Assembly: GCF_000743755.1 (NCBI RefSeq)
Contig: NW_014569541.1
Location: forward strand, 1-64,000
DNA length: 64,000 nt
Direction of reading: 5' to 3'
Source of the DNA: Blastocystis sp. subtype 4
Taxonomy: Eukaryota
The position numbers were made by a program, and so were the translations under genes. The notes beneath the pieces are model-generated. The model was not told the origin of the DNA. It did not search any database and saw only the letters and a program-made list of their open reading frames with translations. Numbering within the stretch: position 1 is the stretch's first letter; the number at the start of each line of letters is the position of its first letter. Shown here piece after piece: positions 52,890 through 64,000 of the stretch.

Positions 52890-55800
52890 ACAATTGAGAG
52901 AAGTCTAATCGAACTGGTTTATTTCTTCGCTTTTGATCCTTCTCCTTCATGCCTTGGTTCAGTAATTCTTTCAGGATCATACGTTCGCTCTGACTCATTT
53001 TCATGACAGTTTCTTTCATCGTATCTTTATGATGATTTGCCAAACTCGATATGAATTGAATCATGGCATTTCGATCACAGGCATCATTCACACTCATTCT
53101 CACACATACTCGGACACTCACTTCAAATCCATCTCCTTCACTCACACGTTCACAAACACGTAACAAGCACAACAATTCATCTCCTTTCATCATGGGGATC
53201 AAAGGAGGAATCACGAGAAACACATTCAATCTCGTTACTCTAAGCAACAGATCACAGTGTACTTCTGAAAGTACTGTTAAGGCAAATGAATACACTTTAA
53301 GTGAGGCTCTCAGACATTCAGGAGAAGATAATGGTGAGAACAAAATCAGCATGATTTCTGTCATATTGTTGAACAACCAATTTGCTGGTAGGATCTCATA
53401 TTCCATCAAATTCATACTCACCAGTTGACGAATTGATTGTTCAGTTTGTAACTCCCGAAGGCGTTTCACTGATAAGTCTGAAGCAACTCGGAATACAATC
53501 TCACTCTTCAGAAGCTGTAGACATTCCTTAACAGAGTTCATTTCTATTTCTGACAATTCTTGAGTACTCAACATATCCACTATTCTTGCCATGACAAATT
53601 CCTTGACAATTTCTGCATCACTCATTGTTACTAAGGCTTTGATCAGCATTAATTCTTCCTTCACGCAATCACTCCAACATTCCTTCACACATCGCAACAC
53701 TTTCCACAATCGGCTTCCTATTGAGGGAGTTTCATTGTGGATATGAGTTAGAGGAGAATAAGCAAATGGATCTGAAGGAGAAAAATCATTAAGCTGTGGG
53801 GGAGTACTTCGTAAGGGAGTTTCATTGTGGATATGAATGGTACGTTCGTCGCAAGTACTTGACTCATCCCAATTCTCAGAATAGTCTGTTTTGACAGGTT
53901 GGATAGGAGCTTCATCATCCCAGTCATCCGTCTCAGAAACAGTGGGTTGGGTTATTCTGTTAGGAGCTTGTGTTGGCTCTGCAGGAAGTGGTTCACTAAT
54001 TGATTCATTGATGGTAGGAGTTTCGTTGACAGACGTTTCATTGGCAGGAGTTTCATTGGCAGGAGTTTCGTTGACAGGCGTTTCGTTGACAGGCGTTTCA
54101 CTGACAGACGTTTCATTGGCAGGAGTTTCGTTGACAGGCGTTTCATCATCAACAGTGTGTTCAAAACCAGTTGGTTGATTATCAGGCGACTCATCAAGTT
54201 TGGGTACATAATCCAGAACTCGAAGACGTCTCTCTCGAGTACGTCGCTCTATCTCTTCCTCATCATCGGTGAACCCTGTATGAATCTGCTTCTCTGTTCG
54301 TACAAGTCCAGGTTGAGAGGCTCTTGATACCCTTCTCGTCTTCACTGAACTCTCCTTCTTCTCATCACCTTTCTCAACTCTATTCTCTCGTGGAGCATCC
54401 TTCTCTCGACTCTTCTCCTTCTTACTCTTTTCATTCCTCTCAACACTACTCTTGCCGACTGCTGATAAAGTCCCACAATTCTCTATCTCTTCACTCACTT
54501 CCCAGTTATCAGGATTCATACATAACTCCTTCATACCACGTTGTCGAATCTCTTTCAATTCCTCTGATTCACCTGGAATCATAACACTCCCAAAATAGGA
54601 CGGATTTCTGGCAAATACAGAACAGATAGAACACAACAAAGTCACACAATTTGAGCGCAGAATCCCAAAATCGGGACTTGTTCTATCACAAGAAGTGATC
54701 ACAGAATATAGAACAGATAAGGCATAATTACAGAAATCGCTACATATTTCGTCATTCTCAAAAACACCTATATTCTTGCAAATCCAAGTACAGGCAGCAA
54801 TTCGATACAGGTCATCATTCTGAACACGATTCAACAAAACTATACATTGCGCCATTTGCGCCGGTTGGGTTACAATTGTCGTAAATGCTGCAAGAACCAT
54901 CATTTGAGGACTCTCTGTAAGGAGTTTCATCCACGAGCTGACCAAAGTCTCTCGATTCGTACTGTTGGCTTCCAGAATCAGATTCTCATATCGTGATGAG
55001 TGTGTGATGACCCATGTCGTAACTTGTGCAGCTGCTAACGCAGACTGCGAGATGAGCGTTTTGTAAAGAGAGAGATAGGCATCTAATCATGATACTGATC
55101 GTCTCAACCTACTGTCTGCTGACCAACATGAATGCTCAAACACTGTGAGAATACAAGCAATTATTGAATCTAATCCAGAATTGTCTAGAGGGAGTTTCAT
55201 CAGATTACGAATGGCAGAAATAATCTAGATTATTGTCAATATATTCAGAAGTACTTGAAGTTCATATTCATCAAAGAGAGTATGATTACTGGACTTATCG
55301 TCTTGTAACGAAGCATACACAGATACCAGCTCGCGAACAAGACACACTCCAATTATCTGAACTCTCTCTATTGAGGCAACACTAAATACATGACCGCAAA
55401 GTCGTAATATTTCGCGTACAAAAGTATGACAATTTTTGTCCTATCAATAATCATATTGTTTTTGGTACTTACAGATATAGGGACCATTTTGATCAACTCT
55501 AGAATCACCATATAGCAACCCTCCAGTGCCACAAGAATGGTCTATTTCTATCATTCCAAAAATAGTACCTACTTGCCAAATCCAACTCGGAACTTTCACA
55601 TCCAATGTTGGTTTCTCACTGTTCCACAGCGGGCACAATGGCGTGTCCCCCAGGATAGGCAGGGTGAGTGTTTGGAGACAAGCCCATAAGTCTGTTGGTG
55701 TGGGTGAGCGATTCAACACAGTTTGAATGAGATCCAGAAACAACTCCACAGTAACATTCACACTGTCAGCATCATCAGAGCTAAGAATCAGTTTTGAAGA

Positions 55801-58800
55801 CATTGCCTACACGACACTCAATTGATGGAGCTGAAGACAACGTAACAGCAACCAGGAAGGAGGAGAGAGAAATGGAACGAGAAGTTGGAGAGAGGAAATA
55901 GCTGCCTGTTGAAGAATGATATCTGGACTATTTATAGCATTCCAGAAATATGAAAGAATTTGATCACTGAGAGAATGCGCCGGATCCTGTTCAACAAGAA
56001 CAGCCATGAGCGATAGAACCGCAGGAGTAATGGCAATCTGAGGAAGAATCTGAACTAACAAAGTCAAGCCAGATCGATTAGAAGCGAATGGAATAATTAA
56101 AGCAGTCATCTTAGCAATGATTTCAATCACAGGATTCCTTCCTTCATCATCCAGAGATGTGACACAATGCGTGCAATATGCCAAAATCCAATCCAAATCC
56201 CTCTCAGTTAAGTATTCAGCACTATCAGCACATGATCGAATACACTCTAATTCCTCTGAAGAAGTATGTATCCTCAGATCCTCTAATGAGCAAGTTCTCA
56301 TTCTCAAGAACACACTCATTCGAACATAAACATTCCCTTCCACTTCTACACTCATTTCACTCAATCGAATAAGAGATTCTTCCGCCAACAATCGATTCTC
56401 CTCATCCGTACTGGACAGAGCACTTGTTATCACATCTCTCACAATTCCCACCCACTGTTGGGATTCCAAAAGATGTCCTGATTCTTGTATTGACATTAAG
56501 AGGCGATGAAACAAACAACAGATTCGATGGGCCATGACGGATTTGACAACTTCCTCATTCGAAGTGTTTGTATCTTGGTGGAAGGATGCAATAATCACGG
56601 TTATCATCTGATTCCGAATGACATCTGAAGTTAGATTGAAGAATCGACAAAACATCTCTCTAGCAACTGTAGCCAACTGATCACAACATGTCTTCTCCAC
56701 ATCAAGAATCCAAGAAAAGTTCTCTCTCCAGGATCGAGCAATCAACTGCCAATAAGTACGAGTCACATCAGTCAATGACGAGGGAACCTCTGTCAGGATA
56801 AGCGAGTGAGTAACTGACTGAAGAATAAACGAGGAGAGCATATCAGAGAGAACATGATCAGGAAGAGAAGCAAGAATAGAGAGAAGAAGCGAAACAGGAG
56901 TAATCCATAGGAGGGGTTTCAGTGATAGGACTGAAAGAAACACCGTAGCTGCAAAAATCATTTCATTTATAAGAGTGTCAAAAAGAGGAGAGTATTTGGT
57001 AAACAGATCACGTCGAACTGTTACACAGAGTAAACATGCTTCTAAAATAGGGACTATTTCTGTTAATGATAGACTTAATTCTTGTTCCATTAGTGGTTGG
57101 CCAGCTTGCATTCCTGCTATTGCCACCGTCATTCCATCAACAATAGTTTTCAACGACGATTGTAACATATCCAAAATACCCTCGAATTCCGGCAGCATCC
57201 AAGAATCGTCTAGAATTCACAGAATCTCATCAAGGTCACCTGAAACCAGACAAGCACTCAGCAAATAGAAGGAAGCAACTCGAGAACAACTGTACTGAGA
57301 TCGAGCCAGAAATGATTGAGAAGGATCAGTAATGTGAGCAGTAAGAGCTACATACAGTGACTGGAGCGTGTGAACCTGATCAAGGACCGTAGGTATGGCG
57401 AGAGGTGATTGAGAGGTGAAGGTAAGAAGAAGGAGATCTCGAATCAGACGTGTGAGATTGGTGAGTGGATCATACTAGAAGTGATTCTGTAGATAAGACC
57501 CTACAGATAGATCCTGAGACATTTCAACAACTTGAATCTGAGACTGAAGAGTTGATAAGAGTTGTTGAATCCATGAAGAGATCAATGAAGAAGACGAAAC
57601 AGCAATAAGAAAGAAGGCTCGCTCTGCTGTGTCTCGACAAATTTGGGACGGATCGATTAGAGAGAGAATGAGAGAATCAATCAATGATTCATTCACAAGA
57701 TCGCCTTCGATTCCAATCAGGGAAGAAACTCCCTCAAGAACAAACATACGAGAATCATGATTTGATTGATAAACACGAACTAATTCAGTTAAGAGAGTAT
57801 GATGCAATTGAGGTGATAGTGATTGACGAAGATTCGAAAGGAAGGAAGAGAGAGAAGAGGAAAGAAGAGGAGATTTATCAGCAAGAGTAAACAAAGATTG
57901 GAGAAAGAGTTTGAGATTGTGTTCAGTAATTTGATTAGATTGATAATCAAATACCACTAAACAAATTTCCAAAATGGCTTGAATAAAGTCCTTATCGTTC
58001 GTATTTAAAAAGTCTAAGAGTTGATTAAGCACAGTTTCTCTCATTTCTTCCTTAGACTGACTTGATATGATAACAAGATTCAACAAGGAACCAATCGTAT
58101 GAATCAGAGATTTCGCTATTCAATCACTCCAATATAGCAACCTTACAATCTAATTTATACATGGCTACTAATTCATTGATGATATCACCTACAGAAAGAG
58201 ACGAAATGGGCCGATTCTGTAAACACTCACAGAAGGCAATGAGACAATCACACACTGCATTCTGGGTATTCTGCATAGATAACTGGTTGATGAGAAGTCG
58301 CTTCAGTGACGTCATATGATTGGAATACTGTTTTTCTGTAGAAACCCGTTGAATATAAGGAAGAATCACTTTAATATATTCACATCCAGCATTCATTTCA
58401 GCAACCTTTTCTTAAGCCAGCACATTAATGAGTACAGAAGCACAGTGTTTGATTCTAAGTGAGAGGCTAATATACGAATCCATTGAAGATAGAACAGCCG
58501 AATTTTCATGCTGAATGAAGACAATAAGCACTTGAAAACACAATGCCCTAACAAAAGTATCTGATTTTCCTTGTATTCGCTTTATACAACTCTCTACATC
58601 TCAAAAATGAAACAAAATCGACTTAACAGAACTGAGTAATCAACTCCAGAGAGAATGCAATAGACTTCACTACAATGAATGAGCAATTTTCGGTTTGCTA
58701 GGTTTAGAAGTTGGTGACCTATATAAAGAAACAACACAACGACTCACTTCGTTTTCCCTTAATGCTAGATAGAAGCATTTCCTGGAACCTATGATATAAT

Positions 58801-59079
58801 TCCATCAACATAATCTCACTTTTCATATGACTGAACAATAGATGGTGCATCGGCCGATGAAAGGAGTTGATTCAGAGTTGATAATGCTTGAAAGTAATCC
58901 AACTGCAAGACCATCAAATCCTTTTCAGTTTTCATCTTTTCACCTACATTCCGAGTCAATAAGATACCATACACTTCGAAACAGTCACCTGAAGAGATGA
59001 CAGGCATTCGGAGATCGAATTCATCTTTCCACAGTGAAACTGTGATCAAATTAGGTCTAACCAAATCTACACCTAACAT
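52890..59079 (-). CDS. Large HEAT-repeat protein (possibly HEATR5/Laa1-like)
   Basis: ~6 kb of co-oriented Leu-rich helical ORFs joined by short introns; ends KPVRLDFSQL; family guess from size and C-terminal motif only. Confidence 0.55.
54018..54145 (-). repeat. Coding tandem repeat, 15 bp unit (NETP[A/V]), ~8-9 copies
   Basis: ETPVNETPANETSVSETPVNETPVNETPANETPANETSVNETP. Confidence 0.9.
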
Positions 59080-59135
59080 GTCTGTATACTAATTTATAGG
59101 ATTAACAAACAAAGTACGATAGACACTTACTAGAA

Positions 59136-59519
59136 TTAGTGCTTGGGAACATATTTGTATCTCTGGCCACAGTACTGACAACGATTAACACCTCCATTGG
59201 GTCCATTCATTCTCAGATACTGCATAGGATGACCCATAGGACCACAACCTACAAAATCAGAATCTGAATTGCACACAACCGTACCTCCATCACAAATGAT
59301 CGCAGGCTCACTAACTTCAATAACAGGCGTTTGAGCTAGTCTCCACTGGGCATCGGAGTGTTGTTTATTATCAGCCTTCTACAACGATAATGAACCTTTG
59401 AAATTGCTCACAGGATCAATCTCCAAAGTTCTGTAAGCAAAAGCACGAGAAACGATTGGAGTGATCACATTTCTCGATTTTACGAGATTCGGCACAGTAT
59501 TCTTCAGAAGGAAGGCCAT
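59136..59519 (-). CDS. NDUFS6: Complex I subunit NDUFS6 (13 kDa, zf-CHCC)
   Basis: Spliced: MAFLLKNTVPN...PVIEVSEPAIICDGG/CGPMGHPMQYLRMNGPNGGVNRCQYCGQRY; not in the ORF track. Confidence 0.88.
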
Positions 59520-59626
59520 GGCTTTCTGATAAATGGAAACAATAGGTTCTCTCGTCAGATTTGCTGAATAATCGTGAGTATCGTCTATGATCCATTACCC
59601 AACTGTGCATTATAGAAATCTATTAA

Positions 59627-60587
59627 ATGTACAAATCGACTCGTCCATGGAAAATACTGAAAGTCGCAGGGTTAGGAGAAAGAGGTATACTGAAGATGTT
59701 AGTATTGATACCTAGTTCTGCGACAACGGTGTGTCACAATCAAAGATCCAACTTCCGATGAAATTCAAGAGTTTGCCCTGAATGCCATGTTCACATGTGT
59801 ACGTATATTGGATCTAGAACAATCGATAGTTACAGAACAATGCGTTTGGTCTTTCAGCTCCTCAGCTGTATCGTCCAATTCGAATGTTTGTTACTCGTGA
59901 TTATACAAGTATTCCGGATCCCTGTACTGTCTAGTCATCGAATTGACAATTAGCAAAATTGACACCGCAGCAGCATCTTCAGTTGCCGCTCCTTCCCTAC
60001 TTTAACCCTAAAATTGAGATGAAATCACGACGATTAATGGGAGAATTTGAGGCGTGTCTCAGTGATCCGTGGAATGTTGCTTTTGTGGCTCGTCCACAAA
60101 CTATTGGTATCAGCTACATTGATGGATACGGAAAATACAGAGAAGAAGAGTTAAGTGGATGGCATGCCCAGGTGTTTCAACATGAATATGACCATTTAGA
60201 TGGAAAAACAATGGCAGACATGTGTACACAACCAGCTGTAAGAATGGGGAGGAGAAATACCGATTAGCTTTATATGACAAAGAAACAGTACTCCAAGTGT
60301 GAAGAGTATTCGAAATCTCTTAAGGACATCCCAGAATATGACACATTAGTGAAAGCATCGCAACTCTTGAGCGATGGCGGGTACTGGGGACCTGAAGCAG
60401 AAGGAACCATCCTTCCTGAGGATATCAATATCGATGCTCTAAAAATTCAAATGCAGCTTTTTTTGAAGAGGTTTGGAAATGGGACCGAAGAGAGTTCTGA
60501 GGACTTCCAAGAACTTGTTAACAAAGTGATACAAAGTAAGGAGAGGAACGGTGTTTCTTCCGATGCAACAGAGGAAATTGTTCATTA
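59627..60587 (+). CDS. PDF: Peptide deformylase with long C-terminal extension
   Basis: GLSAPQL, EACLS, QHEYDHLDG; start approximate; end inferred from poly(A)-made stop. Confidence 0.88.
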
Positions 60588-60713
60588 CCACTGTTTGTTT
60601 CTAACAATTTGTGAATATTCCAATTTAAATGTTCTGCAAGAAATGCTAATTGTTTTTCTAAATTCCCGCGGAATATTTTTAACGTTTTGTGAACCATTCA
60701 TAATTTCGTTATC

Positions 60714-60976
60714 ATGGGTTTTTGTGATTTCCCTAAGGTTAACAAGACTGCTGGTCTTATTCTGTTCATTGTGAACATCATCTTCCCTGGTATCATTTGT
60801 TGCGGAGATGTGAAATTATAGGTATTGGAACTATTATCGGTGCCATCATTAACGAGGGTGGTTGCGATTGTGGTATGGTCTTCCAGGGTATTTTGACCTG
60901 TATTTGTGCCACTTTCATTCTCGGCTGGATCTGGTCCATCTATGCTGGTTACAAGATTTTTGCCCAGTCTTCGTAA
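60714..60976 (+). CDS. Small SPEC3/Stum-family membrane protein
   Basis: MGFCDFPKVNKTAGLILFIVNIIFPG/IGTII...FILGWIWSIYAG has the NxxxPGxGT...GWIWSI signature. Confidence 0.75.
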
Positions 60977-61352
60977 TTCATTTGAGTTGTCATTGTTTGT
61001 TCGAAACTGTTGATAGTGGAGTTATTCAAGTTGTGTTCAAATAGCAGGAATAGTATTTTTTTTATTGTATTTGTGGGGCTGAATTAACTGACGACTATTT
61101 TTCATCTTTATTTTTAGTTGTGGGTATCAAAGAACTATAAAATACAAGTGTAGTTCGATATTCTCTGTCATTGAAGTGTTTTTACGAATAATCAGTTTAC
61201 ATGGATTTCTAGTTGTGCAGTGTTCGAAGAACAAGTGTTTAGTGGATAGTAATAGAACCGATCATTCAAAGGGTTTACATAAGATGAAGAGTTCGTAACA
61301 TCGCTAGCAGTCTAATAACAAACATGAACTAGTACGCAAATAACTTTAACCA

Positions 61353-64000
61353 TTACCCAGCCTGAATTTGGATTAGTGAGTTGTATACTTGATGATTCAT
61401 AACGTTTCCTGTTTTGCTATCAATACACACTACTTCTAGTGTGCCTCCAACAGATAGATAGAACGTAATAGTAAAGGTAGATTCTCCACTTGGTAAAGGA
61501 TGTTCATTCTTAAAACAATACTCCTGAACCATCGTGCATTCACTAATTGGTTTTGTTCCACCAGTCTCATTTGATTGCTGGTCATTCCATTGGTAGATAA
61601 TAGAATATATTTTGTCAGGGTAATCTTCATCACTTGAGAATGTAATCGGCTCACTCTCACAAGGAATTTGAGTTCCTCTAGGTAGGAGAATTATAACTTG
61701 ATCATCACTCAATCTCAAACCATAAGAATAAGAGATGATATCATGAACAATATCTGGCCTTCGAGCAATGGACAAAGCTCCTTGAGCCACACTGGTTTCA
61801 GGATTGATACTTGGAAAAATAGCATTATGAAAACGACTATGCAATGCTTCTTTCACAGCCAATATACGAGAAGAGCCACCCACCATTAACACTCTTTTAA
61901 TCATACCAAGAGATCGACCAGGCTTATTCATCAAGCGATTAAGACAATGATTAATACGATCCATACATAAATTATTCACAATTACGTTCAAATCAGCTTG
62001 TGTGAAAAAACGAGTTTCATCATCATCCACAATATCACTTAAATCAATTTCACATCCTGATGTCACTGACAGTTGTATCTTCATATCTTCACATACAGCA
62101 AGAAGTCGAGATTTGCATCGATCTCTCAACGACGACAAATCCAAATTGTCAACCCTTCTACATACCTCCTTTCGTATCTCAAGATCGATATCATATCCTC
62201 CCAGTTTAGGATCACCGTCTGTATCAATCACTGAGAATTCGCCATTACCATCATAATTCAGTAATGACAGATCCAGGGTTCCTCCTCCAAAGTCAAATAC
62301 GAGCATTTTATCATTCAAAGCCACTTCATTCTGGTGATCAAAACACCATGACATAGCTGCCGCTGTCGGCTCTATAATGATTGCTTTTACATCGAGTCCT
62401 GCCATTCTAGCAGCTTCTTTAATTGCTCCTCGTTGATTCTCCTTATAATTGGCTGGAACTGTCACGAAGCAATCTGTTACTGGAGCATCATTACGAGCAT
62501 CAGCATCAAATTTGATCTTACGGAAAAGTTCTGCTGCTACTTCAATAGGACTCACTTGACGACCATCACCCGACACGACAAATCGAGGATAACCATCAGC
62601 TCCACGAACCACTTCACATCCAAAGATATCCTTTGTTTCCAGAGCATTGTACTGATCCCACGTGAGTCCAAGAATTCTTTTCACACAGGATACACTGTAT
62701 GTGCTCCGTGCCTGTTGCCTTCTCTTCTTCACAACTGTTGCCGTTAATATTCGGTTTCCCAAATATTCAACCAATGAAGGGAATCCACAAAGACCTTGTT
62801 CTGTATTATCACTAATTTGCTCTGCATTTCCATTCTTGAGTAGAAAGGCAACAGAGTTGGATGATCCAAAATCAATTGCAAGAATTGAACCACTCTTCTG
62901 AGAACCATCATAATTTGATTCTACTGCTGAATACTGAATTGCTACTGGACTCTTAGATATCACCTTTCCATCCATCCACTCACCATCATAGATCACTTCT
63001 CCTTTCTCATTCATTTCCTTACCAATTCCATGTCTCATACCATTCTTCCATTCTCCAGTATACAAACAATAACCACAGAATTCACTTCCAAATCCATACC
63101 GAGTACCATTCTCCCAACTACCAACATACAATGCACTCTCTCCATCACTTCCATACTCTGTTCCTTCTCCATCTCTATAGCCGTTCCTCCAATCTCCCAA
63201 ATACAGTTTCTTTCCGTTATTTCCATACTCCGTTCCTTTTCCTCCTCGAACGAATCCTTTCACTATCTCCCCTTCAAATCCTCCTTCATATACTTTCATT
63301 CCATTATCATCATATTCAACCATCAAATCTTCTGTCCATTCTCTCAGTACTCGCATCACTCTTCCATTCTCATATACGCATTCTCGCTTCACCCTTCCTC
63401 TTTCGTACTCAAAGCATCTTCCATTCTTCAGTAATCCATATTCATCATATTCACTCACACTTAACACTTCCCCCCTCCTATTTATTTCTGAATAGAACCC
63501 TTTCATTCCTAGCATTCGAGGATAACGACTGAACCCATTCACCACATCTCCATACCACACTCCTTCATACGCCTTCTTTCCATTCCTAAGATACACTCTC
63601 ATTAATCGCCTGTCAGTAAACTCTCGAATTGTTCTCGTTTTTATTCCATTCTCATATTCACATTCACTCTTCACTCTTCCATTTTCATACTCAAAGCATC
63701 TTCCATGCCTTCTCCATTCAACATCAAATCCACTTATACTCAACAGTTCTCCATCACTGCGTATCTCTTCAAACATTCCATCCAGATCTCTACTCGCTAT
63801 AACTGTCGAATAACGCTTTCCGCTTCGATAAAATCCTCTCCATTTCTCTTTTCCAAAGTCATATTCAGTCCACATTCCAACTTCTCTTCCTCCCTCCAAT
63901 CTTCCTCTCAACACAATGCTTCCGTATCTGTCTGTTTTTATCACTTCTCCTTCACATTCATCATTCACAAACATTACTTGCATATACGGGGTTCCATCTT
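61353..64000 (-). CDS. MORN-repeat / Hsp70-like ATPase fusion protein (probably 5'-truncated by the window)
   Basis: Single uninterrupted ORF, frame open to the window edge; YxGxWxNGxRxGxG repeats, then AIDFGSSNS, VKRILG, TVPANY, EPTAAA, DFGGGTLD, VGGSSRI. Confidence 0.88.
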   Translation of the reverse strand, partial: DGTPYMQVMFVNDECEGEVIKTDRYGSIVLRGRLEGGREVGMWTEYDFGKEKWRGFYRSGKRYSTVIASRDLDGMFEEIRSDGELLSISGFDVEWRRHGRCFEYENGRVKSECEYENGIKTRTIREFTDRRLMRVYLRNGKKAYEGVWYGDVVNGFSRYPRMLGMKGFYSEINRRGEVLSVSEYDEYGLLKNGRCFEYERGRVKRECVYENGRVMRVLREWTEDLMVEYDDNGMKVYEGGFEGEIVKGFVRGGKGTEYGNNGKKLYLGDWRNGYRDGEGTEYGSDGESALYVGSWENGTRYGFGSEFCGYCLYTGEWKNGMRHGIGKEMNEKGEVIYDGEWMDGKVISKSPVAIQYSAVESNYDGSQKSGSILAIDFGSSNSVAFLLKNGNAEQISDNTEQGLCGFPSLVEYLGNRILTATVVKKRRQQARSTYSVSCVKRILGLTWDQYNALETKDIFGCEVVRGADGYPRFVVSGDGRQVSPIEVAAELFRKIKFDADARNDAPVTDCFVTVPANYKENQRGAIKEAARMAGLDVKAIIIEPTAAAMSWCFDHQNEVALNDKMLVFDFGGGTLDLSLLNYDGNGEFSVIDTDGDPKLGGYDIDLEIRKEVCRRVDNLDLSSLRDRCKSRLLAVCEDMKIQLSVTSGCEIDLSDIVDDDETRFFTQADLNVIVNNLCMDRINHCLNRLMNKPGRSLGMIKRVLMVGGSSRILAVKEALHSRFHNAIFPSINPETSVAQGALSIARRPDIVHDIISYSYGLRLSDDQVIILLPRGTQIPCESEPITFSSDEDYPDKIYSIIYQWNDQQSNETGGTKPISECTMVQEYCFKNEHPLPSGESTFTITFYLSVGGTLEVVCIDSKTGNVMNHQVYNSLIQIQAG

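Noticed and set aside
44410..54145. Short tandem repeats as CRISPR arrays or telomeric repeats
   Set aside because: No unique spacers and no cas genes; unit lengths are multiples of 3 inside open frames, so they are coding low-complexity repeats
60588..60774. Hydrophobic C-terminal tail on PDF overlapping the SPEC3-like gene
   Set aside because: Lies beyond the TA + TGTTTGTT site, so it is probably not translated

Overview
Gene-dense, AT-rich eukaryotic genomic DNA with about 40 protein genes broken by very short (~30 nt) GT-AG introns, very short intergenic spacers and three tRNA genes. The intron size, the mitochondrion-related-organelle genes (PDH E1-beta, NDUFB7, NDUFS6, mS35, Cpn10, KAS, peptide deformylase) and the recurring TGTTTGTT 3' motif point to the stramenopile Blastocystis. 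This is an inference, not a database match. The main hidden system is termination codons completed by polyadenylation. About ten genes have no suitably placed genomic stop. Instead an in-frame T or TA ends exactly 4 nt before TGTTTGTT or a one-mismatch variant, so cleavage plus poly(A) would give UAA. The phenomenon is established for Blastocystis, but the individual cases here are read from the sequence. Four more genes have genomic stops whose T or TA sits in the same register. Other notable items: an intronless MORN-repeat/Hsp70 fusion at the right end, a histone-stem-loop-shaped palindrome behind an intronless H1 gene, a MAPK with DFN instead of DFG, a p300/CBP-like HAT lacking the catalytic Tyr, shared E2F-like promoter elements, and stop-free in-frame 30-nt introns. 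Gene boundaries were spliced by eye and some starts are approximate.
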